Shown: in pieces, positions 49,997 to 63,200 of the stretch
Position numbering within the stretch: the first letter of the stretch is position 1
Layout of the letters: every line of letters starts with the position of its first letter
Source of the DNA: Squalus acanthias
Lineage: Eukaryota
NCBI GenBank assembly: GCA_030390025.1
Contig: CM059431.1
Span: 97,776,001-97,840,000 of the forward strand
Length of the DNA: 64,000 bases
Direction: 5' to 3'
Translations under genes and position numbers: made by a program
The notes under the pieces: generated by a model
What the model was told of the DNA's origin: nothing
Database searches by the model: none
What the model saw: the letters and a program-made list of their open reading frames with translations, nothing else

Positions 49997-50464
49997 TGTC
50001 TTGTGATGTCATTGCTTCTCCCATTTCTCCGTTGCCAACTCGCACCGTCTGACGATCCTTCTCATCCGCTACCAATTTCTGACGCTGCCTCCTACATATT
50101 TTAGTTATTATGCTGAATTCAGTATCAATGACTGCTACCATAGTGGGCTTCCAGTGTGTGTGTCTTTACCCAATATCCAGGTAAATGTAGTGAGACCCCA
50201 GGATTGAATGCTACCAAAGTTAGAGCTAGCTCAGGCTCTGCTCGCCTCAGACTGACTCGGATACACCATTCAACATCCTTTTGAAGGTATACTGAAACAA
50301 AGAGCCGTCGATATCTGCATCTGTCATAACAATGTTAGATCCGGAGCCATTCACAGCTCAATTACACTGGACGTCGGTCTGCACTAATAAGTTTGCCATT
50401 ACAGCGGTTTAACCTGGCGTCTCCCAGAATTAAAGATTAATCTTATTGTCACTGCTGCGAACAA

Positions 50465-51085
50465 CCCTGCAAGTTATGCTAAACCTTTATAAAGCACTGG
50501 TTAGGCCTCAGCTGGAGTACTGTGTTCAATTCTGGGCACCACACTTCAGGAAGGATGTTAAGCCCTTGGAGAGACTGAGGAAAAGAGATTTACCAGAATG
50601 GTACCAGGGATGGGGTACTTCAGTTATGTCGAGAGACTAGAGAAGCTGGGGTTGTTCTCCTTAGAGCAGAGAAGGTTCGCCCCCCTCTCTCTTTCTCTCC
50701 CCCCCCCCCCCCACCCCCAACCGGAATTCCACCCCCCCAAATCAAGATTCCACCCCCCCCCCCTCCCCTCCCCGTGATTTATTACATTCTGGAATGCATT
50801 GCATGATAAGGTGGTGGAGGCAGATTCAATATTAACTTTCTATGTCACCCCCCCACCCCCCCCCCCCCCCCCCCCCCCCCCCGAGTTAAATTAAGGCTAC
50901 TGCCTGAAAACATGGATAATAGTATGGAGCTGGAGGGCTGCTAGTGTTCACGGAATGCCATGGATGGGCTGAAAGGGGAAAGGGCGGGGGAGTGGGACTA
51001 ACTGAGGTGCTCTTGCAGAGAGCCGGGACTGGGCTTGACAGGCCAAATGGCCGTCTTCCGTGCTGTAACCATTCTATGGTTCTGA
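50465..51085 (+). mobile_element. CR1 3' fragment broken by C-rich tracts
   Basis: [23 protein letters not shown]1 tail near 51040-51080. Confidence 0.8.
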
Positions 51086-51137
51086 AAGACATCTCAATGG
51101 TTACTCCTATAAACAGACTCCACCTGTCTTACCTTCA

Positions 51138-51363
51138 GCAACAACAACTTGCATTTATATAGCCCCTTTAACGTAGTAAAACGTCCCAGGGCGCCTCATG
51201 AGCGTAATCAGACAAAATTTGGCACCGAGCCACATGAGATACCGGGACAGATGACCAAAAGCTTGGTCATAGAGGTAGGTTTTAAGGAGCGTCTTAAAGG
51301 ACGAAAGAGAGGTGGAGAGATTTAGGGAGGGAACTCCAGAGCTTAGGGCCCAGGCAGCTGAAG
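51138..51363 (-). mobile_element. L2-like 3' fragment
   Basis: Colinear with 12677-12905. Confidence 0.75.
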
Positions 51364-51983
51364 ATTGGAATTTGAGAGTTTGCCTGTACTGTCCAATACA
51401 CATTTGTTTAATGTGGGCAGTAACAAGGGGACTCCCTTGTGACCCGAACAGGATATTGCGACTTCCACATGAGGCCTCACTGCACTGGTGCACTGTTTAA
51501 GTAGATGGACTGCTTGAGCGAGACGAGGCCAGATACGAATCGTTAAGCTGTTTTGTTTAACAGACAAATGAATTTACAGAGTAACAGATGTAATCAAATA
51601 TCACTGTACTTAACCGCAAACCCTTCCTCTTGAATTAGAACAAATAATGTGCCACGCTCTACCCTGCCCGGGGTTAGCGGGATGGCTAATCGACATGGTA
51701 CATCCTGTGCAAAGTGGTCATAAATGGTGACGTTTTCCATTGTCTGAATTGACGGGACACAGTAGTGGCTATATATCACCATCAGGTCAAGGGTTAGACC
51801 TGGTTCTACCCAGGGCAGCAGAGAATGAAGATGTGGGTTGAGTGTTGGAGAAAGCACTGAAGAGATTTAGAGTGAAGAGTTTGAAACAATGGTTTCTGCA
51901 GGGTACAGGATTAATTTTGCTTCATTTGATGTTGCATTTCCCCAGAATCCATGTGCAAACCTCTTATTTTTTGCTTTTTACAG

Positions 51984-52052
51984 GATCGAGGGGCAACTTC
52001 ATCTTGGGAGCTGACGGAACAACTTACCAATGGAAACGAGAGGGAAACCTGA
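51984..52052 (+). CDS. CARS2: CARS2 last coding exon (DRGATSSWELTEQLTNGNERET*)
   Basis: Long pyrimidine tract and tacag acceptor; DR..TSxWEL terminal CysRS motif; TGA at 52050-52052. Confidence 0.92.
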   Translation, partial: DRGATSSWELTEQLTNGNERET

Positions 52053-52549
52053 TCACTCACATCAACCTCACGGACAGTATTGGGCAACCCATTGATGGTC
52101 ATGGAGAGGTAGATGTTATCTTTGGGTTAAAGTGTTCATTGATATTTCAAACTCAAGGAGTCCAGCATTGGCTACAGCGGTAATGCTGGACTGTGAGCCA
52201 GAGGCCTCAAGTTCAAACTTCAAGTCCCAGCCTGGACCAGCACAGCTGACCTCTCTGCATTGAGTTTTGCTGGTCCCTGGCCAGACTATTGGTGATGTGC
52301 AGAACTCTGCTGCCTCTCCCATGGATCGGATCTGCCAGTCTCAGCTCCTAGCAGGGAGCACATCTCCTGTTGATCACAGGCACACCAAGGAGAGGTGAGA
52401 AAAACTGTGACCGAGACCATTCCAGCCAAAAGATGAATCATGATCTCCAGCACAGAGTTAAAAAATCATAGTAATCTAAGTGGATTGTAGTTAGCTTGTG
52501 AATACCTTGTTCCCTGATCATGTTGTGTATTTCTTTCTTGTATGTCATC

Positions 52550-52555
52550 AATAAA
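52550..52555 (+). terminator. Candidate CARS2 polyadenylation signal AATAAA
   Basis: AATAAA about 500 nt after the stop codon, with UG-rich sequence nearby. Confidence 0.6.
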
Positions 52556-53139
52556 AACAAAAATGATTCTTGATGTATTCAACAAGTTGTGAAAAGTTTT
52601 GAAGATTAATAATTTGCATCTATATAAAGTAACAGCTCATCACATCTCAGACTGTCTCTCAATTTACCCGCTGGCTGCATTTCAAGATCCTGCAACCAGC
52701 AATGACCGGTTAATCTGTTTCTGATGGTGGAGGGAGGAGAGGGAGGGAGGGTGAGTGGGGAGAGGGAGGAGGGGAAGGGTGAGTGGGGAGGAGAGGGAAG
52801 ATGGTGGGGAGCCTGGGCTCAGACACCAGGAGAACTTCCCCCTCTTAAAAAAAATACCATCCTGTGGGATGCACTGACCTTTGCACCTGGTTTCCCCAAA
52901 TATGCACCGTGTGCAAAATTCCACGACGAGTGCAAGTTCGCAGAGAGAGAGAAAATAAACTTTTTTGTGTTTTAAGCAGTTTAAAGATATATTGAGCTGT
53001 AGCTGTGTTTGGGATGAAGTAACTAATTGTGCCATATTTTGGTCACATTCTAAAGCGATGCACTGACTGCCCCCACAGCATGTGCGTCTGATCATTCCTT
53101 ACTCATGATGCCACTGTGTAGTTTGCCAGGTGATAATCA

Positions 53140-53236
53140 TTCTGATGGAAGATCATCGACCTGAAACGTTAACTGTTTCTCTCCCCACAGATGCTGCCTG
53201 ACCTGCTGAGTGTTTTCAGCATTTTCTGTTTATATT
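53140..53236 (+). mobile_element. Short PLE family B fragment with degenerate hammerhead (CTGATGG core)
   Basis: Colinear with 23731-23829. Confidence 0.75.
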
Positions 53237-53254
53237 GCTGGGCGATACTAGATT

Positions 53255-53676
53255 GATCCCCGGGATGAGAGGACTGTCCTATGAGGAGAGATTGAGTAGA
53301 TTGGGCCGATACTCTCTGGCGTTTAGAAGAATGAGAGGTGATCTCATTGAAACATATAAGATACTGAGGGGATTGACAAGGTAGATGTTGAGAGGCTGTT
53401 TCCCGTGGCTGGAGAGTCTAGAACTAGGGGGCATAGTCTCAGGATAAGGGGTCGGCCATTTAGGATTGAGATGAGAAATTTCTTCACTCGGAGGGTTGTG
53501 GATGCTGAGTCGTTGAGTATATTCAAGACTGAGATCGCTAGATTTTTGGACACTAAGGGAATCAAGGGATATGGGGATCGGGCGGGAAAGGTGGAGTTGA
53601 GGTCGAAGATCAGCCATGATCTTATTGAATATCGGAGCAGGCTCGAAGGGCCGACTCCAGCTCCTATTTCTTATGA
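53255..53676 (+). mobile_element. CR1 3' fragment
   Basis: Colinear with 17130-17587. Confidence 0.9.
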
Positions 53677-54199
53677 TACCTGTGTTTGAAAAGCAGTTCC
53701 AGGCTGAATGTAACCCTTTATTCACTCATCTGTTTAAAGGCGCTGTGTGCTTCTAATTTAGCATTACTAGTGCAAATCCTTCCTCGCACGCAGCTCGATC
53801 CTGTTTCCCTGGCAACATGCGGCATCGCAACAGCTGCACTGGGTTACAGACATTCCTGCTTGCTGGGACATTGAGACTGAACTGAACTTATCCCAGCATT
53901 ATTTTAAAATAACTTGTAGATGTCCCATGGTAGCTCAGGACCTCGAGTGTGGATTCTGATATTTATCCCAGCCCATCGCCGGAACACAGCTACTTTAGTT
54001 CAGCGTGAGGTCATCCACTTTAGACCGAAGATAGGCCAGAGTATTTTCTAAATGACGAGATTCTAGGAACTGGAGAATCAGAGATTTAGGGGTCCATGTA
54101 CAGAAAACACAGGTACAAAAAATAATTAAAAAGGCTACTGGAATGTTGGCCTTTATCTCAAGGGAGCTGCTCCTTGCTACTCGTCCTAGGGGGTGGAAT

Positions 54200-55155
54200 T
54201 TTTTTAAATCTTCGTTTACGGGATGTGGGCATTGCTGGCAAGGCCAGCATTTATTGCCCATCCTTAATTGCCCTCGAAGGTGGTGGTGAGTTGATTTCTT
54301 GAACCGCTGCAGTCTGTGTGGTGAAGGTACTCCCACAGTGCTGTTAGGGAGGGAGTTCCAGGATTTTGACCCAGCGACGATGAAGGATCGGCCGATATAT
54401 TTCCAGGTCAGGATGGTGTGTGACTTGGAGGTGGCGGTGTTCCCATGCGCCTGCTGCCCTTGTCCTTCTAGGTGGTAGAGGTTGTGGGTTTGGGAGGTGC
54501 TGCTGAAGAAGCCTTGGCAAGTTGCTGCAGTGCATCTTGTAGATGGTACACACTGCAGCCACGGTGCGCCGGTGGTGGAGGGAGTGAATGATTAAGGTGG
54601 TGGATGAGGTGCCAATCAAGTGGGCTGCTTTGTCCTGTACGGTGTCGAGCTTCTTGAGTGTTGTTAGAGTTGCACTCATCCAGGCAAGTGGAGAGTATTC
54701 CATCACACTCCTTACTTGTGCCTTGTAGATAGTGGAAAGGCTTTGGGGAGTCGGGAGGTGAGACACCCGCTGCAGAATACCTAGCCTCTGACCTCTTGTT
54801 GCCACAGTTTTTATGTAGCTGGTCCAGTTAAGTTTCTGGTCAATGGTGACGGAGGGGGATTCGGCGATGGGAATGTCAAGGGGCGGTGGTTAGACTCTCG
54901 CTTGTTGGAGATAGTCATTGCCTGGCACGAATGTTACCTGCCACTTATCAGCCCAAGCCTGAACATCGTCCAGGTCTTGTTGCATGTGGGCATGGACTGC
55001 TTCATTATCTGAGGAGTTGTGAATGGCGATGAACACTGTGCAGTCATCAGCGAACATCCCCATTTCTGACGATGGTTGGGCCTAGGACACTGCCCTGAGG
55101 AACTCCTGCAGCGATGGCCTGGGGCTGTGATGATTGACCTTCAACCACCACAACA
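54200..55155 (-). mobile_element. Non-LTR retrotransposon RT C-terminal fragment (CR1/L2-group family distinct from the main CR1)
   Basis: AGVPQGSVLGP, FADD (ttcgctgatgac), TIYKAQVRSVMEYSPLAW. Confidence 0.88.
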
Positions 55156-55179
55156 GCTTTGCTGAGAGCACAACATTTA

Positions 55180-55510
55180 ATTGTGAAGGATTTTGATAGA
55201 GCAGATAGGGAGAAACAGTTTCCAGTGGCAGGAGGGTCAGTAACCAGAGGACACAGATTGAAGATAATTGGCAAAAGAACCAGAGGGGGGAGATGAGATT
55301 TTTTTATGCAGTGAGTTATGATGATCTGGAATGAGCTGCCTGAAAGGGCGGTGGAAGCAGATTCAGTAGTAACTTTTAAAAGGGAAATGGATATAGTTGA
55401 AAAGAGAGAATTTGCAGGGCTATGGGGAAGAGGGGCTAATTGGATAGCTCTTTAAAAGAGCCAGCACAGGGACAATGGGCCGAATGGCCTCCTGTGCTAT
55501 GAGATTCTAA
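55180..55510 (+). mobile_element. CR1 3' fragment
   Basis: Same family as 8690-9082. Confidence 0.88.
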
Positions 55511-56109
55511 GGGCAGGATCAGTGGGACCTGGGATGTGAGGTAGCTGCTGTGCACGAGAAGGATTACTAGTTCAGAGCAGCACAAAACTATCCCAGGGCA
55601 GGAACTCCCTGTGCCTGACTAACTGGCTGAGAAGAGAGGATGCATCCAGGTGCTAATTCTGGTCATTGTCGAAAGCCCAGTCATTCGACTGTATAGATTA
55701 CTTGCTGGATCACCTTAATGTCGGAGACCCATCAGGGACCTCTAACTCACCAGTACTGCGGACACTGGTGCCCAGTAACTAGTGACAGGCAACTAGTCAG
55801 GACCCTGGGACAGGTTGAAAATAACACCCCGAGAATGAAAGCAGAGGAGTTGTTGGTAGCAGGGCTCAATTGCTCAGTGAAAACACACATCCTTCAGATC
55901 CTTGGCCACTAGCCAGTCTCCAGCATTGTATTAAAAACCAGCTCGGCCTCTGGTTTCTGTCATTGATTCTAATTCCCCCCCCACAAGCCATCCAATTACT
56001 TGGGTGTGATAGTCAGGAGTGAAACCCGGTGTACACTGGGGGTCACACTGACTGATACCCTAAATTAGGAACTTTCTCACTCGGACACCATTTTGCTCTA
56101 TTTAAAAAA

Positions 56110-56905
56110 AGACAGACTTGTATTTCTATAGCGCCTTTCACGACCTCAGGACTTCCCAAAGCTCTTTACAGCCAATGAAGTATAGAAACATAGGAGCAGG
56201 AGTCGGCCCTTCGAGCCTGCTCCGCCATTCAATATGATCATGGCTGATCCTCTATCTCAATACCATATTCCCGCTCTCGCCCCATACCCCTTGATGCCTT
56301 TTGTGTCTAGAAATCTATCTATCTCAACTATATTCAGTGCCTTGGCCTCCACAGCCCTCTGGTAGAGAATTCCACAGATTCACCACCCTCGGTGAAGAAA
56401 TTTCTCCTCATCTCAGTCCTAAATGTCCTACCCCGTATCCTGAGACTGTGACCACTCGTTCTCGACCCCCCAGCCAGGGGAAACATCCTCCCTGCATCCA
56501 GTCTGTCTAGCCCTGTCAGAATTTTATACGTATTTTTGAAGTGTAGTCACTTGTTATGTAGGAAACGTGACAGCCAATTTGCACACAGCAAGCTCCCACA
56601 ACCAGCAATGTGATAATGACCAGATCATCTGTTTTTTAGTGATGTTGGTTGAGGGATAAATATTGGCCGCAGGACGCCAGGGAGAACTCCCCCTGCCCAC
56701 TCTTCTTCGAAATAGTGCCGTGGGATATTTTACCTGAGAGCAGACAGGGCCTCGGTTTAACATCTCAACTGAAAGACAGCACCTCCAACAGTACTGCACT
56801 GGAGTGTCAGCCTGGATTTTTGTGCTCAAGTCTCTTGTGGGACTTGAACCCACAACCTTGTGACTCAGAGGCAAGTGTGCTGCCCCCTGAGCCACGGCTG
56901 ACACT
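56110..56905 (-). mobile_element. DeuSINE interrupted by a CR1 3' fragment (about 56182-56529)
   Basis: SINE halves rejoin at aatgaagta|tttttgaagtgtagtcac; tRNA-like head at 56835-56905. Confidence 0.82.
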
Positions 56906-57202
56906 CAACTAATTAAACAGACCGTGTGCCTTCTAATCCCCACTGAGGTGTCATGTCCAGGTGACCAGCAATGATCCCGATTCTTGTTCTGCGAGCTGGA
57001 TTTATCATCTCACGCCAACCAACCACTCTTCACAACGATATCACGGCGCAGATCAGAGGTTTACAGACTAAGGCAAATAATACCTGTCTGCACTAGCTGC
57101 AAATTTGTAAACCTTGCTGTTTAAAGCAAGGAGATTTATACGCCATTATTGAAAAAGCCATCCAATTATCACAGCATGAACGTGAGCTACATTTGTAAAG
57201 TT

Positions 57203-57393
57203 TTTATTTAGTCCACATATTGAAATTAACTTCAATCAACACTTCACCAACTCGTCCAACATTATAAAAGGGCCAAGGCACGGTAACTTTTAGCAGTGGG
57301 GTTGATAACATTGGACTCTCTCCTCCCCCATACCAGCACTGCCAGCCCCACTTACATGCCTCAAAATATTTCCATTACTTTGATGTGTTTATT
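57203..57393 (-). terminator. Two candidate NAXD poly(A) signals (AATAAA at 57388-57393 and 57203-57208)
   Basis: TTTATT on the + strand about 220 and 410 nt downstream of the NAXD stop. Confidence 0.5.
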
Positions 57394-57614
57394 CATAAGG
57401 TTGGAATCATAGAAATTCAGCCCATCATAAATGCTGGTTCCAGCTCTTTAACCGCAGCTGTCTGGCTGGACTTTTTGAAAAGAAAACAAATCAGAAACAC
57501 TGCCCAGCTACTTCCTGGGAACTGCCTGCAGAGCGCCAGCACAGACCTCATTAACGCTGGCATTGCGTTACAATAGTCATCACCCATTCCCCTTCCAACA
57601 GCTGATCCTCCGCT

Positions 57615-57765
57615 TTAGCTCTCAAAGAGTTTGTGAAAAGCCATGCTGATCTCTGCAATCATGTCCGAAGTCGTCATTGAACGCTGATGTTTCTGGAAAG
57701 CCTGGAAGTTGCACTGCCTCGTCAAGGCACAGGCTCCAAATGCAGCCACAAGAGTGGGGTTTAAC
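57615..57765 (-). CDS. NAXD: NAXD last coding exon ([49 protein letters not shown])
   Basis: Minus strand: tttccccccccag acceptor; phase matches the previous exon; TAA stop; C-terminus matches vertebrate NAXD as I recall it. Confidence 0.95.
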
Positions 57766-57839
57766 CTGGGGGGGAAACGGAGAGAGCGATGAGCTGCTGT
57801 GAAAGGCTCAGACACCCGTGACGCAAACTCAAATGCATC

Positions 57840-58188
57840 TTAGAATTTGTACAGCACAGGAGGCCATTCGGCCCATCGTGCCTGCTCTTTGAAAGAGCTA
57901 TCCAATTAGTCCCACAGCCCTGCACATTTCTCCTTTTCAAGTATTTATCCAATTCCCTTTTGAAAGTTACTATTGAATCTGCTTCCACCGCCGTTTCAGG
58001 CAGCGCGTTCCAGATCACAACAACTCGCTGCGTAAAAAATATTCTCATCTCCCCTCTGGTTCTTTTGCCAATTATCTTCAATCTGTGTCCTCTGGTTACC
58101 GAACCTCCTGCCACTGGAAACAGTTTCTCCTTATTTACTCTATCAAAACCCCTCATGATTTTGAACACCTCTATTGAATCTCCCCTCA
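57840..58188 (-). mobile_element. CR1 3' fragment in the last NAXD intron
   Basis: ORF 57761-58192 RGDSIEVFKIMRGFDRV. Confidence 0.9.
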
Positions 58189-58829
58189 ACATGAATCAGG
58201 AAAGAAATAAACTCCCTCCAAGCAGAGCGCGTTAGCGCTTTGCATCTCTGATTCACGCCGGATGTGGTTAATGGATTGCACGGAGTGCGAAAATGCTCCC
58301 GATTTCCCACACGCGTTCTCTATTTCAGCCACAGAGGGGCAGTAGAAGCCTAGCCGGGACGTGAAACACAGCGAGGGCGAGAACAGCTCATTGTAGCCCG
58401 GCCTCACGGCCAGTTATACACAACCAGTGACAGAGGAGCAGGGAGGCGCTGTTGCTGGGGCTGGGGCAGTGCAAGCGGGAGAAATAAAAATAAATACGTT
58501 TCTAAAAGTCACTTCTTGGTAATAATGCTGAGGTGCTGGGTGTTTAGGTTAGTGTTAGATTTACCCTCGACTGGAAACAAACACATCCACATTCTAACTG
58601 TAATCATTCCATGTAACCACGGTGTAGCTTTTGTATCTTCCCTTGGGGAACAGCGTGAGGCAGTGGAAGGATACGCAGGCCGATTAACAGTCTGCCGTGA
58701 ACGCTCCTTCCATGGCCGTAACCACCTTCACACCATCGGGGTGGGGGGGGGCGGTCAGTCCTATATGGCGGGAGAGTTTTATGGGCTCCCACAACTCTCC
58801 CGAGTTGAGAATCCCACCGTCTGGAGCTC

Positions 58830-59599
58830 TCGTCTCCCCGGGACCGTCTGGAGCTCCCGTCTCCCCGGGGCGCCCGTCTCCCCGGGACCGCCCGGGGCGC
58901 CCGTCTCCCCGGGGCGCCCGTCTCCCCGGGACCGCCCGCCCGGGGCGCCCGCCTCCCCGGGACCGCCCGCCCGGGGCGCCCGCCTCCCCGGGACCGCCCG
59001 CCCGGGGCGCCCGCCTCCCCGGGGCGCCCGCCTCCCCGGGACCGCCCGCCTCCCCGGGGCGCCCGCCTCCCCGGGACCCGCCCGGGGCGCCCGCCTCCCC
59101 GGGACCGCCCGGGGCGCCCGCCTCCCCGGGACCGCCCGGGGCGCCCGCCTCCCCGGGACCGCCCGGGGCGCCCGCCTCCCCGGGACCGCCCGGGGCGCCC
59201 GCCTCCCCGGGACCGCCCGGGGCGCCCGCCTCCCCGGGACCGCCCGGGGCGCCCGCCTTCCCGGGGCGCCCGCCTCCCCGGGACCGCCCGTCTCCCCGGG
59301 GCGCCCGTCTCCCCGGGACGCCCGTCTCCCCGGGACCGCCCGGGGCGCCCGTCTCCCCGGGACCCGCCCGGGGCGCCCGTCTCCCCGGGACCGCCCGGGG
59401 CGCCCGTCTCCCCGGGACCGCCCGGGGCGCCCGTCTCCCCGGGACCCGCCCGGGGCGCCCGTCTCCCCGGGACCCGCCCGGGGCGCCCGTCTCCCCGGGA
59501 CCGCCCGGGGCGCCCGTCTCCCCGGGACCGCCCGGGGCGCCCGTCTCCCCGGGACCGCCCGGGGCGCCCGTCTCCCCGGGGGCGCCCGTCTCCCCGGGA
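58830..59599. repeat. GC-rich VNTR with about 27-bp unit (cccggggcgcccgYctccccgggaccg) next to a tRNA-SINE head (59600-59665)
   Basis: Direct reading; minus-strand head with GGTTCGAACC B box. Confidence 0.93.
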
Positions 59600-59772
59600 C
59601 TGTCTGGGGTGGGGTTCGAACCCTGCACCTTCTGACGCAGAGGCGGGAGCGCTAGCACTAATCCAAACAAGGCTGGCTCCTGTGTTAGCAGGTACGAGCT
59701 CGTTACAGTCAGAAATAACACGGCTCTAAACTAGTTTCCGTTGATCCAAGAGACAGTGTTGGCTGGTCTTAC

Positions 59773-59893
59773 CCGTCTATTTTCTCCTTCCCAGCGACGA
59801 AAGCCCAGTGAGCCAGCACCCCGAGGGCTCCAGAAAGCAGGTCTCCTTGACCCCCACACCTCCGCCCACTGCCTTCCTGTGAGCACACCAGCA
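59773..59893 (-). CDS. NAXD: NAXD (ATP-dependent NAD(P)HX dehydratase, CARKD) penultimate exon, 121 bp ([40 protein letters not shown])
   Basis: Minus strand: ctctgtgtgtag acceptor and gg|gtaaga donor; [12 protein letters not shown] is the YjeF-C/ribokinase-like motif. Confidence 0.95.
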
Positions 59894-60225
59894 CTACACA
59901 CAGAGAAACACAAATCACTCAGCAGTAGTCTCATCACGAAACACTCGTTAAATTATCTGCTTACAAATGAACTTTATGCAGATTAAAAACCTATCTCCAT
60001 TCTCATCATTCCAAAGAACTTGGAGCACACGATGCTGTTATTAATTATTTGTATTAAGCTCGTTACGTTACATCAGTGTCTGAAACATTGTTTAAATGTT
60101 ACATTGGCCAATCACAAAAACATTTGTTAAATGTGAGTGTAAATAAGTGAATGCAGAAACATCACTTTGAATTTCAGCATAATTCAATTATTTGAATTTT
60201 CACATTTTTCTGTGCAAAAGCTCCC

Positions 60226-63200
60226 AGTAAATATTCACACTCCCGGGGACCCCCCTGTAAATATTCACACTCCAGGGGACCCCCCTGTAAATATTCACAC
60301 TCCCGGGACCCCCCTGTAAATATTCACACTCCAGGGGACCCCCCTGTAAATATTCACACTCCCGGGACCCCCCTGTAAATATTCACACTCCAGGGGACCC
60401 CCCTGTAAATATTCACACTCCCGGGACCCCCCTGTAAATATTCACACTCCCGGAGACCCCCCTGTAAATATTCACACTCCCGGAGACCCCCCTGTAAATA
60501 TTCACACTCCCGGGGACCCCCCCTGTAAATATTCACACTCCCGGAGACCCCCCCTGTAAATATTCACACTCCCGGGGACCCCCTGTAAATATTCACACAC
60601 TCCCGGAGGACCCCCTGTAAATATTCACACTCCACGGGACCCCCCTGTAAATATTCACACTCCAGGGGACCCCCCTGTAAATATTCACACTCCCGGAGAC
60701 CCCCCTGTAAATATTCACACTCCCGGAGACCCCCCTGTAAATATTCACACTCCCGGAGACCCCCCTGTAAATATTCACACTCCCGGGGACCCCCCTGTAA
60801 ATATTCACACTCCCGGAGACCCCCCCTGTAAATATTCACACTCCCGGGGACTCCCTGTAAATATTCACACACTCCCGGAGACCCCCCTGTAAATATTCAC
60901 ACTCCACGGGACCCCCCTGTAAATATTCACACTCCCGGGGACCCCCTGTAAATATTCACTCCCGGGGACCCCCTGTAAATATTCACACACTCCCGGGGAC
61001 CCCCCTGTAAATATTCACACTCCACGGGACCCCCCTGTAAATATTCACACTCCCGGGGACCCCCTGTAAATATTCACTCCCGGGGACCCCCTGTAAATAT
61101 TCACACACTCCCGGGGACCCCCTGTAAATATTCACACACTCCCGGAGACCCCCCTGTAAATATTCACACTCCCGGAGACCCCCTGTAAATATTCACACAC
61201 TCCCGGGGACCCCTTGTAAATATTCACACACTCCCGGGGACCCCCTGTGAATATTCACACACTCCCGGAGACCCCCCTGTAAATATTCACACTCCCGGAG
61301 ACCCCCCTGTAAATATTCACACTCCCGGAGACCCCCCTGTAAATATTCACACTCCACGGGACCCCCCTGTAAATATTCACACTCCCGGGGACCCCCTGTA
61401 AATATTCACTCCCGGGGACCCCCTGTAAATATTCACACACTCCCGGGGACCCCCTGTAAATATTCACACACTCCCGGAGACCCCCCTGTAAATATTCACA
61501 CTCCCGGAGACCCCCTGTAAATATTCACACACTCCCGGGGACCCCTTGTAAATATTCACACACTCCCGGGGACCCCCTGTGAATATTCACACACTCCCGG
61601 AGACCCCCCTGTAAATATTCACACTCCCGGAGACCCCCCTGTAAATATTCACACTCCCGGAGACCCCCCTGTAAATATTCACACTCCAGGGGACCCCCCT
61701 GTAAATATTCACACTCCCGGAGACCCCCCTGTAAATATTCAAACTCCACGGGACCCCCCTGTAAATATTCACACACTCCCGGGGACCCCCTGTAAATATT
61801 CACACTCCCGGGGACCCCCCTGTAAATATTCACACTCCCGGAGACCCCCCTGTAAATATTCACACTCCACGGGACCCCCCTGTAAATATTCACACACATT
61901 CCCGGGGACCCCCTGTAAATATTCACACTCCCGGGGACCCCCTGTAAATATTCACTCCCGGGGACCCCCTGTAAATATTCACACACTCCCGGGGACCCCC
62001 TGTAAATATTCACACACTCCCGGGGACCCCCTGTAAATATTCACACTCCCGGAGACCCCCTGTAAATATTCACACTCCCGGGGACCCCCTGTAAATATTC
62101 ACACACTCCCGGGGACCCCCTGTAAATATTCACACACTCCCGGGAACCCCCTGTAAATATTCACACACTGCCGGGGACCCCCTGTAAATATTCACACACT
62201 GCCGGGGACCCCCTGTAAATATTCACACTCCCGGGGACCCCCTGTGAATATTCACACACTCCCGGAGACCCCCTGTAAATATTCACACACTGCCGGGGAC
62301 CCCCTGTAAATATTCACACTCCCGGGGACCCCCTGTGAATATTCACACACACCCGGGGCCCCCTGTAAATATTCACACACTCCCGGGGACCCCCAGTAAA
62401 TATTCACACACTCCCGGAGACCCCCTGTAAATATTCACACACTCCCGGAGACCCCCAGTACATATTCACACACTCCCGGAGACCCCCCTGTAAATATTTA
62501 CACACTCCCGGGGACCCCCTGTAAATATTCACACACTCCCGGAGACCCCCCTGTAAATATTCACACACTCCCGGAGACCCCCCTGTAAATATTCACACAC
62601 TCCCAGGGACCCCCTGTAAATATTCACACTCCCCGGGACCCCCTGTAAATATTCACACACTCCCGGGACCCCCTGTAAATATTCACACACTCCCGGGACC
62701 CCCTGTAAATATTCACACACTCCCGGGACCCCCTGTAAATATTCACACACTCCCGGAGACCCCCTGTAAATATTCACACACTCCCGGAGACCCCCTGTAA
62801 ATATTCACACACTCCCGGGGACCCCCTGTAAATATTCACACACTCCCGGAGACCCCCTGTAAATATTCACACACTCCCGGGGACCCCCCCTGTAAATATT
62901 CACACAGTCCCGGAGACCCCCTGTAAATATTCACACACTCCCGGAGACCCCCCTGTAAATATTCACACTCCCGGAGACCCCCCTGTAAATATTCACACAC
63001 TCCCGGAGACCCCCTGTAAATATTCACACACTCCCGGGGACCCCCTGTAAATATTCACACTCCCGGGGACCCCCTGTAAATTTTCACACTCCCGGAGACC
63101 CCCTGTAAATATTCACACACTCCCGGAGACCCCCTGTAAATATTCACACACTCCCGGAGACCCCCTGTAAATATTCACAGACTCCCGGGGACCCACTGTA

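Larger units (their letters stand above)
4616..52052 (+). other. CARS2: CARS2 gene body (5'-partial): 13 coding exons of mitochondrial cysteinyl-tRNA synthetase
   Basis: Manually spliced exons with GT-AG boundaries and compatible phases give one open frame containing [49 protein letters not shown] and KMSKS, all class I CysRS motifs, and matching vertebrate CARS2 as I recall it. Confidence 0.97.

Noticed and set aside
50677..50885. Long poly-C runs (also near 24061 and 49206) as G-quadruplex elements
   Set aside because: Low complexity and prone to homopolymer error; no supporting context.
58684..59721. Collagen-like Gly-X-Y ORF (GPGEAGAPG)n
   Set aside because: Translation of a 27-bp VNTR, open in several frames on both strands, with indel-shifted units, inside an NAXD intron.
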